Origin: a virus
Virus record (IMG/VR): IMGVR_UViG_3300035698_029335
Coordinates: 13,459-77,458 of that record
Length of the DNA stretch: 64,000 nt
Strand: one strand, 5' to 3'
Notes under the pieces: model-generated
Database searches by the model: none
Told to the model about the DNA's origin: nothing
The model's input: the letters and a program-made list of their open reading frames with translations, nothing else
Shown: piece by piece, positions 1 to 9,601 of the stretch
Layout: each line of letters starts with the position of its first letter
How positions within the stretch are numbered: the stretch's first letter is position 1
Translations under genes and position numbers: made by a program

Positions 1-174
1 ACTATCTTGGTTTCATATTTTAACTCTTGTATAGCTTGCAACGCACTAACAAGATTAGCGTTACTGTCGGGAACTATTTTACACCTCTTTCTCGAAATCC
101 CTTTCTGGTTTAATTAACGTTCGAACTCTTTCGCGAACCTTTCGTACTCTTCATTGTCGAACCCTGGTGTGCCT

Positions 175-945
175 TCAAGAACACTTGATTTCTTGTAGGA
201 TCTTATCTAAAGGTAAGTTGCCAGGATCTGTCTTTTCACTGGTCAAGTGATAGTGACCCAAGACACCCTTAAATGTACCATTGACCACTCTTTTTTCGAC
301 ACCACGAACTAGGCTACCATCTTTATTCAACGGAGCTTCTAAGTGTATGTTATGTGCCGTACAAACAGCTTTCGTCAGGGCTTTCAGAGCCTCTACTTGT
401 ATTGGATAAAAACCTAAGTACGGCTTCAATTTCCTGCCATGAATTTCATCATCATTGATGACCGGTCTTAATGGCTGCTGTTTTTCTTTGTAGCGTTTAT
501 TGAATTTCGCCTTGACTGGATTTGCTATCTCCACCCCGACGGAATGAGTATTGATACCTCGGGCATGCCAGGCAATGTCTTTTGTGTCTAGCAGTTGATA
601 TATGGTACCGTCATTATCGATACCGAAGTGCACAGACAAGCCACGTTCTTTAGTCACATCGATCATCTGTTGTGTGTTGATACATGCATCCCAATGTACA
701 GCAAACATCCTTGGGTGGCGCTTGCTTCTTTTCTTATAGTTTGCTGATTCGTAGCCGGGTCCACCTTTGTCAAACCTTACCACTTGATCCCACTCAATGA
801 GTACTTCTTTACCGTTGCAGAGTATATAATTCTTTTGGCTAAGAAGTTGCTTGACTCGTTTGGTACGGAACACATTATCGTTCTGTTCTAATGTATCTTC
901 TTTTGCCACACTTTTCTTACCAAGCAACTTCTTTAACCAATTCAT
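175..945 (-). CDS. N-acetylmuramoyl-L-alanine amidase (endolysin-like)
   Basis: Amidase_2-type motifs: VHWD, SVHFGID.DG.IYQL, AWHA, N..SVGVE, GH....K.DPG. Confidence 0.8.
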   Translation of the reverse strand: MNWLKKLLGKKSVAKEDTLEQNDNVFRTKRVKQLLSQKNYILCNGKEVLIEWDQVVRFDKGGPGYESANYKKRSKRHPRMFAVHWDACINTQQMIDVTKERGLSVHFGIDNDGTIYQLLDTKDIAWHARGINTHSVGVEIANPVKAKFNKRYKEKQQPLRPVINDDEIHGRKLKPYLGFYPIQVEALKALTKAVCTAHNIHLEAPLNKDGSLVRGVEKRVVNGTFKGVLGHYHLTSEKTDPGNLPLDKILQEIKCS

Positions 946-962
946 TTTATTCCCCTCGTTAT

Positions 963-1679
963 CTATACAATAATGTCAGCAATCCCAAACTTGACTGCTT
1001 CTTCTGCAGATAAATAGACGTTCATCTTGCGAGCCATCATTTTGTCCAGCTGTTTTTCTGTCATTTTGGTCTCTTTAACAAGAGCTGCCAAGTATTGTTG
1101 TTGTGTATACATGATTTCGGTGACCTCATTCTCGATGTCATGACTTGCGCCATGGGTTCCAGATTGAACTGAGTGGATCATAACACGACAATTTTTACCG
1201 ATTTTGCGATTACCTTTCGTTCCGGCTGCTAACAAAAGCACACCTGCAGACATAACAGAGCCTAAGCCAAAGGTATTGATATCACAGTCTTCTTGCACCA
1301 TCTTCATCACATCATAGAGGGCAAACATACCAAGAGCGCTGCCACCTGGTGTGTTAATAATAAAATCAATAGGCTGCAAAATATCAACCAAATCCACAAA
1401 GAATTCAGCCTCCGGGTCTGATTCGAACATCTTTCGCTCTTGCTTAGTAAGGTCCCTGGGAACCTGCTTTATGCGCGCCTCATGCAGTGTTAGGAGCTTA
1501 TATAAGACTTCCTCGGTCTTATCATCGTTCACGGGACCACAGAGCCCGACCATTCGAAAGTCTTTATTTTTTTGCAAAAATTCCTTCGCATTATCCGTAA
1601 GCTTAGGTTTGGACTTAGACTTCATTACTCTTTTAGTCTTTGTCTTTGCTTTAGAATTATTTTCTTTACCGCTCATCAT
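963..1679 (-). CDS. clpP: ClpP-family protease subunit
   Basis: INTPGGS, G.VMSAG..LLAAG.KG.R, VMIH, YLSAEEAVKFGIADII; start placed at the ATG overlapping the upstream stop (TAATG). Confidence 0.85.
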   Translation of the reverse strand: MMSGKENNSKAKTKTKRVMKSKSKPKLTDNAKEFLQKNKDFRMVGLCGPVNDDKTEEVLYKLLTLHEARIKQVPRDLTKQERKMFESDPEAEFFVDLVDILQPIDFIINTPGGSALGMFALYDVMKMVQEDCDINTFGLGSVMSAGVLLLAAGTKGNRKIGKNCRVMIHSVQSGTHGASHDIENEVTEIMYTQQQYLAALVKETKMTEKQLDKMMARKMNVYLSAEEAVKFGIADIIV

Positions 1680-1975
1680 TATGCACCCTTGTTTAATATT
1701 TTTATGTTTGCTTCTTCTATCCACTCGCTGCTGCCTCCGCCTTGGAACAACACTTCCACTATCAGATAGATATCGTAGTTATCTGTTGGTCTTGACGACC
1801 ACCTTGGAATCGACATCCTCTCTTTATATGTCGCTGTATCAACCTTTTCAACACCCATGAGTATGCCAATGGGATTACCAGCTCTCACAACATGCTTAAC
1901 TAACACCCCTCCAACGGTATACTTTTTGTAAGCTCCATACAGGGTATGAACTCGACGGTGATGCGCAATACTCAT
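1679..1975 (-). CDS. hypothetical protein (SH3-like C-terminal half)
   Basis: Co-oriented ORF, translationally coupled to clpP. Confidence 0.5.
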   Translation of the reverse strand: MSIAHHRRVHTLYGAYKKYTVGGVLVKHVVRAGNPIGILMGVEKVDTATYKERMSIPRWSSRPTDNYDIYLIVEVLFQGGGSSEWIEEANIKILNKGA

Positions 1976-2122
1976 GTTATCTCTGAATTGTTTTTTCTTC
2001 TTGGTCCTGTGCTAGTCTTTTTACCTGCAGGGCTTTCATATTCACCCGAAAGGCTTCTTCTTTTTCCGCGAAGGTCTGCTCAGGCTTGTGTTTTTTGTAG
2101 ATTTCTTTTGGCGATAACTTCT

Positions 2123-2374
2123 TCATTGAACGTCATAAAGTCCTCTGGGTGTCGGTACTAGCGAACAAATTCCATGATCTGTTAACAAATCTCTTGAAAG
2201 AACGAAAGGGATAAATGGCAAACCAATCGCATTAGTGCACGTATACGGAGCATATGTATAGTAAACACTATCTGGCGGAATGCTCTCGAAATCTTTAACT
2301 GAAGTGGAAGTGCCTTCTTTCGCCATTTTCAAGATCTCCGAAATTGCTTCTTTTCCTAGTTCACTTTTGAACAT
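2123..2374 (-). CDS. hypothetical protein
   Basis: Co-oriented ORF in gene-dense region. Confidence 0.4.
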   Translation of the reverse strand: MFKSELGKEAISEILKMAKEGTSTSVKDFESIPPDSVYYTYAPYTCTNAIGLPFIPFVLSRDLLTDHGICSLVPTPRGLYDVQ

Positions 2375-2407
2375 AACAGCTCTTTCTTTCTGTGTTTGTG
2401 TTTAACT

Positions 2408-2932
2408 TCATTTGATACAAGTTTTACTATTGTGTCCCGTTTCGCCGCACTTGCCGCATTTTCGTGGACCTCTTTCGACACGCTTCTTTCGGACCTTTCC
2501 GGTCTTTGTTTTTTTGTCTCTCACTACAGGTGCTACTCCGCACGAACGTACATTGTGCCCATATTCTCCGCACTTACTGCATTGGCGAGTAGACGTTTGT
2601 TTACCGTCTTTGCCACTCTTCTGCCTTAGTCCTATTTTGACATATTTTTTAATGTCGCCATATTGATCAAGTTCGTCCAACTTGAAGGCTTCGAATTCTT
2701 TTGCCCACTTTAGCCACTCTTCAGTGGTGCCGAAATCACGTGCGAAGAACAAAATACTCTCGCCTGTCTTCGGATTCCAGCCGTTGCCAGCTTTATTCCA
2801 ACCCATCAGGTACATAGCGATTCTTCGCTCTAAGCGCGCTTCGATACCTTGCTGGATATTGACCTGCATTCGGTATACGCAGTTGCTCAAACCTTCCTGA
2901 TTCATCTTCCATGCTTTTGCGCTAATGTCCAA
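2408..2932 (-). CDS. protein with two CCHC zinc knuckles
   Basis: CSKCGEYGHNVRSC and CGKCGETGHNSKTC; TTG start with GAGGAGG SD and an upstream sigma70 promoter. Confidence 0.7.
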   Translation of the reverse strand: MDISAKAWKMNQEGLSNCVYRMQVNIQQGIEARLERRIAMYLMGWNKAGNGWNPKTGESILFFARDFGTTEEWLKWAKEFEAFKLDELDQYGDIKKYVKIGLRQKSGKDGKQTSTRQCSKCGEYGHNVRSCGVAPVVRDKKTKTGKVRKKRVERGPRKCGKCGETGHNSKTCIK

Positions 2933-2952
2933 AACTTCCTCCTCTTTTGATC

Positions 2953-2981
2953 ATCTTATCACAGGTACGCTCAAAATGCAA
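2953..2981 (-). promoter_or_regulatory. sigma70-type promoter
   Basis: TTGCAT-17bp-TAAGAT with extended TG. Confidence 0.55.
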
Positions 2982-3056
2982 GCACTCTTTTCGAGTGTGC
3001 TGTTGATTTAACGCACAAGCTCTGCAAGCGCTTCATGAACAGCGATGGGTAAAAAA

Positions 3057-3313
3057 TCACCAGCTTAATTTTACTTTTTGTCTGTGCATAAAATTATGCA
3101 ACAAATGTCGCTGTATATAGCCATGATGAATGATAGCGCGTTTCGTGTCGCAAGACGTCTCGTATCCAGACGCGAATACCTGTCTGACGATGCCATCATG
3201 ATACAGTTTTATGTCGGTAACCAGAAGGACAAATTGCCTTTATGACCGATCAGATCATAATCCTTACTATAGATTAGATCTCCTATTTCAAGTATTTGGT
3301 AATCGGTATACAT
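3057..3313 (-). pseudogene. frameshifted GDLV-family gene
   Basis: MYTDYQILEIGDLIYSKD... stops early and continues in another frame (FVLLVTDI...); resembles 12435..12659. Confidence 0.55.
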
Positions 3314-3503
3314 ATGCTACTTATGCAGGTGTAAGGCGACCATGAAAGAAAATACTTCTAGTCGGGTGACATTCTTCCAATAAGCCAGTACACAAGTTAA
3401 CAAAGGTGTTGTTAACTCCGATTGTGGGACTGGTGCACAAATATTTATCTTTTTCTTTGTACATAAAATATCCTTTTTTCGTGTTGAGCCGCAGTGAGTT
3501 TTC

Positions 3504-3532
3504 AGTTTATCAGATCATTTTCTTTCTGTCAA
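3504..3532 (-). promoter_or_regulatory. early promoter, ATGATCTG class
   Basis: TTGACA-gaaagaaa-ATGATCTG-a-TAAACT. Confidence 0.8.
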
Positions 3533-3729
3533 GAGGCAAGAGCGGCTTTTGAAATTAAAGTCAACTCGCTTCTTAGGAAAAGCTGCGTCTTGGTATTGGT
3601 AGCCCATAATACTTCATACTGCGCAAAGAATCTCCTTACTCTTATTACCAATCCGGGGGTATTCTCGTACCCATACTCACCTGTCTTCACCAGGTCGCCA
3701 ACTTGTAAGTTTAAGCTTTCTACTGTCAT
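3529..3729 (-). CDS. small GDLV-family (SH3/KOW-like) protein
   Basis: LQVGDLVK...G.V....YEVLW...LTLISK; start moved to the ATG at 3729. Confidence 0.65.
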   Translation of the reverse strand: MTVESLNLQVGDLVKTGEYGYENTPGLVIRVRRFFAQYEVLWATNTKTQLFLRSELTLISKAALAS

Positions 3730-3736
3730 GATGGAG

Positions 3737-4912
3737 TTACCACTTTCGATACAATTGTTGCTGAATAGTCCGATGGGTAAGATTATCAAATTCACTTTCC
3801 CACATTTCAATTACCGTGTAGCCTTTCTCTTGCAGGGTCTGCCTTCTCTTTAGCCATTCATTGTATAGTGTTTTGTATTTCTTTTTGGAGATTGGATTTA
3901 TACCTTCAGGAGGATATTTGCCTGGGTTGCCGTGCCAAAAGTCACCAAGGAACTCATATACTGTGTTTGTTAATGGATTAAATCCATCAACCCTATATCT
4001 ACCTATCTTATGCTGCCTTAAGAGTATTGTGTCTTCAGTCAATACACCTTTCGTTTCTGTTGTTGCAGCTTCTATTTGATCTAACCAAGCTGCTTCTTTT
4101 TTGGAGATTGAATTGCCGCACTTACGACAACCGCTGCCTGCAAGATGATTGCTAGGTGTCTGCTCAAACGTATTGTGGTTCCTACATGTTATTTTTACTT
4201 TTTCTTTATTATTCTTGTATTCGGTCAAACTGTATTCATATTTATCTCCATGTACCACCTGGGCTCTTTCTATGAACTCCTTAGTTGAGAGTCGTCTAGT
4301 ATCAGCAACAGTAATAATGCTGCACTTAGGGCAACCATGTCTTCTCTTGCTAGTATGGTCGCCTGGTGTTTGTAAGAAAGAGCCATGCTGCTTACATACT
4401 ATTATTATCTTTTCTTTATTACTTCTATACTCAGTCAAACTATAATCATATAAGTTACCATGCAACAGTTTTGCTTTTTCTATGAACTCCTTGGTTGAAA
4501 GTCGCATACCACATTTAAAGCAGCCGTTGCCGCCATTAGTGTGGTTGCTTGGTGCTTGCAAGAAAGAGCCGTGCTTTTTACATACTATTTCTACTTTTGT
4601 ATGAGTGCCTTTGTATTCAGTCGAGCTGTAATCATACTTGTCACCATGTGTCGCTCTTGCCTTTTCGATAAACTGCTCGGTTGAAAGTTGCCTGAGGTTG
4701 TTAGCTACAACAGCTCCACATTGGGGGCAGCCACTTTTTTTCGACTTATTGGTGTGATTGCTTGGCGTTTGAAAGAAAGAGCCGTGCTCTCTGCAGACTA
4801 TCTCGACTCTTGTACGTGTGTTTTTAAATTCAACCAAATTATAACTGTATCTTTCTCCATGCACTGCTTGAGCTTTTTCTACGAACTCAATTGTTGTTAA
4901 TTTTCTTCTCAC
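3737..4912 (-). CDS. free-standing homing endonuclease: 4 Cys/His repeat modules plus PD-(D/E)XK/Vsr-like nuclease
   Basis: 4x (EFIEKA..HG..YDYS..EY.....KV.I.C..HGSF.Q.P.NH....GCP.C), then VDGF..TNTVYEFLGDFWHGNP; GTG start after GAGGT. Confidence 0.75.
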   Translation of the reverse strand: MRRKLTTIEFVEKAQAVHGERYSYNLVEFKNTRTRVEIVCREHGSFFQTPSNHTNKSKKSGCPQCGAVVANNLRQLSTEQFIEKARATHGDKYDYSSTEYKGTHTKVEIVCKKHGSFLQAPSNHTNGGNGCFKCGMRLSTKEFIEKAKLLHGNLYDYSLTEYRSNKEKIIIVCKQHGSFLQTPGDHTSKRRHGCPKCSIITVADTRRLSTKEFIERAQVVHGDKYEYSLTEYKNNKEKVKITCRNHNTFEQTPSNHLAGSGCRKCGNSISKKEAAWLDQIEAATTETKGVLTEDTILLRQHKIGRYRVDGFNPLTNTVYEFLGDFWHGNPGKYPPEGINPISKKKYKTLYNEWLKRRQTLQEKGYTVIEMWESEFDNLTHRTIQQQLYRKW

Positions 4913-4928
4913 ACTTACCTCTACAAGC

Positions 4929-4957
4929 ACCATAGGGCACATATTGAATTTTGTCAA
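4929..4957 (-). promoter_or_regulatory. sigma70-type promoter of the endonuclease gene
   Basis: TTGACA-17bp-TATGGT. Confidence 0.6.
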
Positions 4958-4959
4958 CC

Positions 4960-4989
4960 AAAAAGAAAAAACGCCGGGTGACCAGCGTT
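4960..4989 (-). terminator. intrinsic terminator
   Basis: AACGCTGG...CCGGCGTT hairpin followed by a T-run on the minus strand. Confidence 0.65.
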
Positions 4990-5020
4990 ATTCTCAAGAT
5001 TTCTCTACCTAAATCGGATA

Positions 5021-5836
5021 TTACTTTCTTTTTTGCGTGAGTTTCTTTGCAACTCGTTCTGTGATTTTCGAAATCGCCTCTTGCAAAGCAGCTTCTTCTT
5101 CAACCGGTCCTTCTTCTTCGAGCGCAATTGCTCCTCGCTTCTCTAACTCAGAAACTAATGCTTCGGTCGCAATGCCACTAAACTCATCTTCTTCTTCATC
5201 GCCCATTGCTGGAGCTGCATCAAGCTCTGGTGCAGGTGCGTCGTCCATTGGAGGCTCGTCCATGCCACTTTCTTCACCATCAATACTAACTGCAACGCCA
5301 AGGGCTGCAGCAACCGCATTTACAACCTTCTTCAGAAGGTCTTCTTCACCACTGCCAGCGCCCATTTCTGGTTCCATTTCCGGTTCCATTTCTGGTTCCA
5401 TTTCTGGTGCCGCGTCCATTGGGGGCACTTCCTCTTCACCACCCATTTCCGACTCTTCGTCGCCTTCTAGCTCTTCTTCTTCAAAGTTTTCTGCCAAAGG
5501 AGTTCCACCTTCGATACTTTTCTTTGTCACACTAGTATTGGATAGCTTATGATCTTTCTCATAAGATGTGCCAGGAATTTGCAACTTACCATCAGGTGAA
5601 TCAGGTACACCTTTACCTTGATCCGTAGCTACTCCTGATTCACCATTAGGGTTACTTTTTCCAGCACCTTCACGATGTGGTCCAGGTCCAGTTTTGTCGA
5701 AATTATCTTCCGCAAGTTGCTCTTCTTCATCTTCTTCGTCATAATTTTCACTCACAAACCCTTCTGTTAATGCCTTTGTCCCGGCTAACTTCATGAACTT
5801 GCGAATGTCGCTCTCTTTGATTATTTTTTTTCCCAT
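5021..5836 (-). CDS. highly acidic late protein, probable prohead/internal head protein
   Basis: Glu-rich, low complexity, N-terminal IIKESDIRKFMKLAG, late motif upstream. Confidence 0.55.
   Translation of the reverse strand: MGKKIIKESDIRKFMKLAGTKALTEGFVSENYDEEDEEEQLAEDNFDKTGPGPHREGAGKSNPNGESGVATDQGKGVPDSPDGKLQIPGTSYEKDHKLSNTSVTKKSIEGGTPLAENFEEEELEGDEESEMGGEEEVPPMDAAPEMEPEMEPEMEPEMGAGSGEEDLLKKVVNAVAAALGVAVSIDGEESGMDEPPMDDAPAPELDAAPAMGDEEEDEFSGIATEALVSELEKRGAIALEEEGPVEEEAALQEAISKITERVAKKLTQKRK
5362..5407. repeat. 12-bp coding tandem repeat (PEME x~4)
   Basis: ccatttctggtt-type unit repeated in frame. Confidence 0.7.
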
Positions 5837-5865
5837 TGGGTACTCCTCAGTATAGAAATCTAAGT

Positions 5866-5873
5866 TAAATAGT
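5866..5873 (-). promoter_or_regulatory. putative late promoter ACTATTTA
   Basis: Same motif upstream of several structural genes; 30 bp before the ATG. Confidence 0.6.
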
Positions 5874-5901
5874 TTTTTAAAACCTAAAAAGGCTTCTTCT
5901 A

Positions 5902-6345
5902 CTAGCCGTTGCCAGTATTTTTATCTCGTATCGTTCCGACCATGCTCGTTAATGTATGTTGTTCGTTTCGGAAGACTCTTTGTTCTGCCTCTATCTCTTC
6001 TAATAGACGTGTTTGTAGCTCTGAATTCTTTGCTATTATCGTCATCGCTTTTGCAGTATCTCGCATAGTGTCCTCAAGTGACTTACGAACATACCAAATC
6101 TTCACACCATCTTGATCACTTTTATCATGCCAGGCGTGCAATACTTCCAGCTTACTTTTGATAGGTTCCAAGAAATCACTCTTCAGTTCCATCAAGCTAC
6201 CCTTGAGTTTCAAAACACTTTCCTCCACAGCCTTCAGTCTAGTCTCCGAGTTTTGCAAATTCTTTTGACGGAACCATCCGAACACCTCTTTTACTGCCGC
6301 CATCACAATTATAACAACAAGTCCTATTACTGTGATATTTTCCAT
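5902..6345 (-). CDS. N-terminal TM plus coiled-coil protein (possibly holin- or lysis-related)
   Basis: Hydrophobic ITVIGLVVIIVMAAV followed by heptads; CTATTTA at 6374-6380. Confidence 0.5.
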   Translation of the reverse strand: MENITVIGLVVIIVMAAVKEVFGWFRQKNLQNSETRLKAVEESVLKLKGSLMELKSDFLEPIKSKLEVLHAWHDKSDQDGVKIWYVRKSLEDTMRDTAKAMTIIAKNSELQTRLLEEIEAEQRVFRNEQHTLTSMVGTIRDKNTGNG

Positions 6346-6384
6346 CTTTAATTCCCCTTACGAAATACAGTCGTAAATAGAAAA

Positions 6385-6642
6385 TCAATCAGGTAAAATA
6401 CATAATAATTTTTCTTTATTATATCGCTTTGAAAGCTTCTTTAGGGCAGCATTTTGAATCTGTAAAACACGCACATGACTTACACCGATCCTCTTACTTA
6501 TTTCTTCTAAGAACATCGGACCATGTTCATCAATAGCTATCAATGCACAATTATGGTCTTCCCCATGATCGATCCAATATTTACACTCCAGCACTGGACA
6601 CCCAACTCCTTTCTCTCTGCACTTCTCTGAGCATTCTTTCAT
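6385..6642 (-). CDS. Cys-rich protein with sigma70 region-4-like HTH
   Basis: M.LEEISKRIGVSHVRVLQIQNAALKKL matches the region 4.2 pattern. Confidence 0.7.
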   Translation of the reverse strand: MKECSEKCREKGVGCPVLECKYWIDHGEDHNCALIAIDEHGPMFLEEISKRIGVSHVRVLQIQNAALKKLSKRYNKEKLLCILPD

Positions 6643-7022
6643 ATGTCACTTTCTTCTTCTAGGATATCATAGATATCTTCGATGTCTTCAGGGTCCAAGA
6701 TAAACTTGTCGGATATCTCCTTCGCCATTACTTTTTCTTTCGCCATTATTGTCTCCAATCGCTTGCTACTGTTCTTTTTTGTCTTGCGATATTCTATAAA
6801 AAATTCTTCTATTAGTGGGTCTTCATCTATATAAGCTCTCATAATAGATCTAAAAAACTCAGCTTTTGTAAGCCTTTCGTTTCTCAACTTTATTGTTAAC
6901 CTTGTGATCTCACCATCTGTTGTTTTCACTACCACCATCCCATCATTCGCCTGGAAGCATGTGTTACCTACTATTCTACCATAGCGACTTGTTCTGCCTT
7001 CACCTTCTCTATCTTCACTCAT
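6639..7022 (-). CDS. hypothetical protein
   Basis: ATGA-coupled on both sides. Confidence 0.6.
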   Translation of the reverse strand: MSEDREGEGRTSRYGRIVGNTCFQANDGMVVVKTTDGEITRLTIKLRNERLTKAEFFRSIMRAYIDEDPLIEEFFIEYRKTKKNSSKRLETIMAKEKVMAKEISDKFILDPEDIEDIYDILEEESDI

Positions 7023-8086
7023 TTCAATATATGTGTTGTGGATTCTTCTATTGAGGCGGACGTTTGCAATAACGCAGAGGCATTTTCCCGAAGCTCCTCA
7101 ATATTTCGAGCACCTGAATATGAAAAGCCACTCTTTATATTGCCGATTAGTTCACTCATCACTGCGTGTATTGAGCCTTTAGCTGGTACCGTTGTTGATA
7201 CGCCTTCAGGGGCAGTTGCGAAGCCTCTCCACCCTTGTTGTGCCTCTTCACTCGCCATTCCTCTATATGATTTAAATTTATTTCCATTCACTTCAATTAT
7301 ATCATTTGGCGTCTCATCCGTACCGGCTAGCAACGATCCGCACATAACAAAGTCAGCACCAAAAGCAATAGCTTTAACCACATCACCAGCTTTTCGAATG
7401 CCGCCGTCAGCGATGATAGTTGGACTCGTTAATCCATAACCCTGACGATAAAGCTTTTGCTCATAGCATGCAGAAATAGCGCTAACATTTGGCACACCAT
7501 GCCCAGTTTTTAATCTGGTCGAACAAGTTGCTCCTGCACCGATGCCAACCCTCAGACTATCTACACCCCATTCAGCTAAATCGGTGTACGCATCACTGGT
7601 AGCTATATTGCCAGCCATAATATGCACTTCATTGCCATATATCCCACGTAGCTGCTCTACCGCCTCCTTCACCAATTGATGATGTCCATGTGCCACATCA
7701 ATACAGATAATGTTGGAATCTTCATCAATCTCCATTAACGCTGCAGCCCTCTCAAGATAGTCTCCCTTGACGCCGATGGCGGCACCCCAATGAAAGCGAT
7801 TGCCTATACACACCTTTTTACATATCGCTACTTGTTCATCAATAGTGTTATATCTGTGAACAATACCCAGCGCACCAAAATCAGCCAAAGCGTTACACAT
7901 TGATGATTCTGTCACTGTATCCATAGGAGCAGAAATAATCGGAGTACGATATAAGTACTGACCGCCCTTGATGTTTTTAAGCTTTGTTGCTAAAGAGACC
8001 TCTGCCCGAGATTTTATATCGCTGTATTGTGGCTTCAGTGTTACATCATCATAAGTCAATGCTTTTTGTAATTCTCTTAACTTCAT
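7019..8086 (-). CDS. IMP dehydrogenase / GMP reductase family protein (no CBS domains)
   Basis: LTYDDV.L.P, SAPMDTVT, DVAHGH, GIGAGATCSTR catalytic Cys loop, IIADGG, YRGMAS. Confidence 0.9.
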   Translation of the reverse strand: MKLRELQKALTYDDVTLKPQYSDIKSRAEVSLATKLKNIKGGQYLYRTPIISAPMDTVTESSMCNALADFGALGIVHRYNTIDEQVAICKKVCIGNRFHWGAAIGVKGDYLERAAALMEIDEDSNIICIDVAHGHHQLVKEAVEQLRGIYGNEVHIMAGNIATSDAYTDLAEWGVDSLRVGIGAGATCSTRLKTGHGVPNVSAISACYEQKLYRQGYGLTSPTIIADGGIRKAGDVVKAIAFGADFVMCGSLLAGTDETPNDIIEVNGNKFKSYRGMASEEAQQGWRGFATAPEGVSTTVPAKGSIHAVMSELIGNIKSGFSYSGARNIEELRENASALLQTSASIEESTTHILK

Positions 8087-8346
8087 ACTTCACGCTCCTT
8101 CACTCTTTCTGCAAAACCTTTTACTGCTTCTTCTGCTGCGTTCCAGCAAGTCGGGCAATAAGTCGCGACATTTTCACCACTTATGACAACCCTCCAAGTA
8201 CTCACTTCCTTAATGTCAGTCTTGTCGAAATCCTTGCCGCAAGTAAGACATTCATCGCCCAACTCGTCAAACAGTGCCATTTTCTGCTTCATATCCTTCT
8301 CAGCCATTTTTCTATTTTTCAACATACCACCACGAATCTTCTTCAT
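8083..8346 (-). CDS. small zinc-ribbon protein
   Basis: CLTC...CPTC. Confidence 0.6.
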   Translation of the reverse strand: MKKIRGGMLKNRKMAEKDMKQKMALFDELGDECLTCGKDFDKTDIKEVSTWRVVISGENVATYCPTCWNAAEEAVKGFAERVKEREV

Positions 8347-8816
8347 CGTCTCTCCAGTGTCTCACATACTAGTGGACCTTCTCTAGTGCCATCAAACTCC
8401 ACAACCATTGATGGAAAAGGTGCGCAATTTTTTTGATTACCGAACTTAAGACGACCTCTCACGAAGTAGATCTTTGTAGCTAGCATCACAAAGTCATTAA
8501 AGTATTTTGTGTCAGTACGTGAAGGTATAAGCATGACCGTCATCGTATCATCTTCTTTCGACTCCTCATAACACTTCTTTGCCCACCCCTTTACGTCAGA
8601 ATAAGGAGGGTTAACAAATACAGTATGCCCTTTCCATGATCTACTCAGTCCATCCATATCTTCAGTAAAGAAAACAGGGCACTTGGCGCTAGTAGCAGAA
8701 GCGCAAGGATCTAGTGTAAAATTGTACTTCTCATCTAGCATATCATAGAAGTCTTGCGGGGTGTCCCACTCATCACTCTTATTCGAAAACATTACTTTTG
8801 TTGAACTTTTATCCAT
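8343..8816 (-). CDS. phage DNA N6-adenine methyltransferase (Dam-like)
   Basis: DEWDTPQ, LDPCA, DGL...W, VFVNPPY, PSRTDT. Confidence 0.88.
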   Translation of the reverse strand: MDKSSTKVMFSNKSDEWDTPQDFYDMLDEKYNFTLDPCASATSAKCPVFFTEDMDGLSRSWKGHTVFVNPPYSDVKGWAKKCYEESKEDDTMTVMLIPSRTDTKYFNDFVMLATKIYFVRGRLKFGNQKNCAPFPSMVVEFDGTREGPLVCETLERR

Positions 8817-9327
8817 TACCCTTTCCGCCCTTGTAGTTAGAACCTGACGATCCGAAGCCGTCAGTACCTCTATTACTAATTGTTATTTCTCTATTATACA
8901 ATTCTCCTTCGTCACATATAGCTGCGTCAAAGTGTACAACTGGAATCAGTACTAATTGAGCTATTTTGTCTCCCGGTTCAATGAGTTGAGGGGAGTTAGA
9001 TACATTGTGCAAGATTACAGAAACTTCACCAGCGTACCCTGCATCGAGAACCCCACCGCCAACTATCAAATCTTTCTTACTGGACATACTAGAGCGATTT
9101 TTGACTTCAAGCATATAACCGTGTGGTATCTCAAACTTAAGTCCTGTCCTGAGTTTACTGTTTTTACCAGGGTGTACTACAATAGAACCACTAAGCATGT
9201 TCTTTTTCGGATCCATCTTATTCGGCTCAACGTCAGGGCAGAAAAATACATCGATACCAGCATCACTAGGGTTTTTTCTACTAGGAGAAATCACGTATGT
9301 GTGTGCCTTAGCATACCTTAAGATCAT
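8809..9327 (-). CDS. dut: trimeric dUTPase
   Basis: DAGID, RSS, GVLDAGYAGE, GDKIAQL, RG..GFGSSG. Confidence 0.92.
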   Translation of the reverse strand: MILRYAKAHTYVISPSRKNPSDAGIDVFFCPDVEPNKMDPKKNMLSGSIVVHPGKNSKLRTGLKFEIPHGYMLEVKNRSSMSSKKDLIVGGGVLDAGYAGEVSVILHNVSNSPQLIEPGDKIAQLVLIPVVHFDAAICDEGELYNREITISNRGTDGFGSSGSNYKGGKGNG

Positions 9328-9601
9328 TTGTCACCCCTTGCGGTTATAACCATCTCTTCCTCTCCATCTAAAAATAGAGCGAACTTCTTTTCCTCTACGT
9401 ATTCTTCATATTCACCAATAACGAGTTTTGTAAGCTCGGTACCATCTTCCATTATCTCTAGAGTCATTTCAATCATTTTTCCTCCTTTATTATACAATGC
9501 ATACCATTACCACACTTGCTGCACTCTGGTGGCTTTCTAGGTTCTTTAGTCACTACTTTTTGTTTGTTCCCACAAACACTACACTCATATGTCCTCATTA
9601 C

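Noticed and set aside
3251-3258. Seventh ATGATCTG promoter
   Set aside because: The motif lies inside a pseudogene with no correctly spaced -35 or -10 box.
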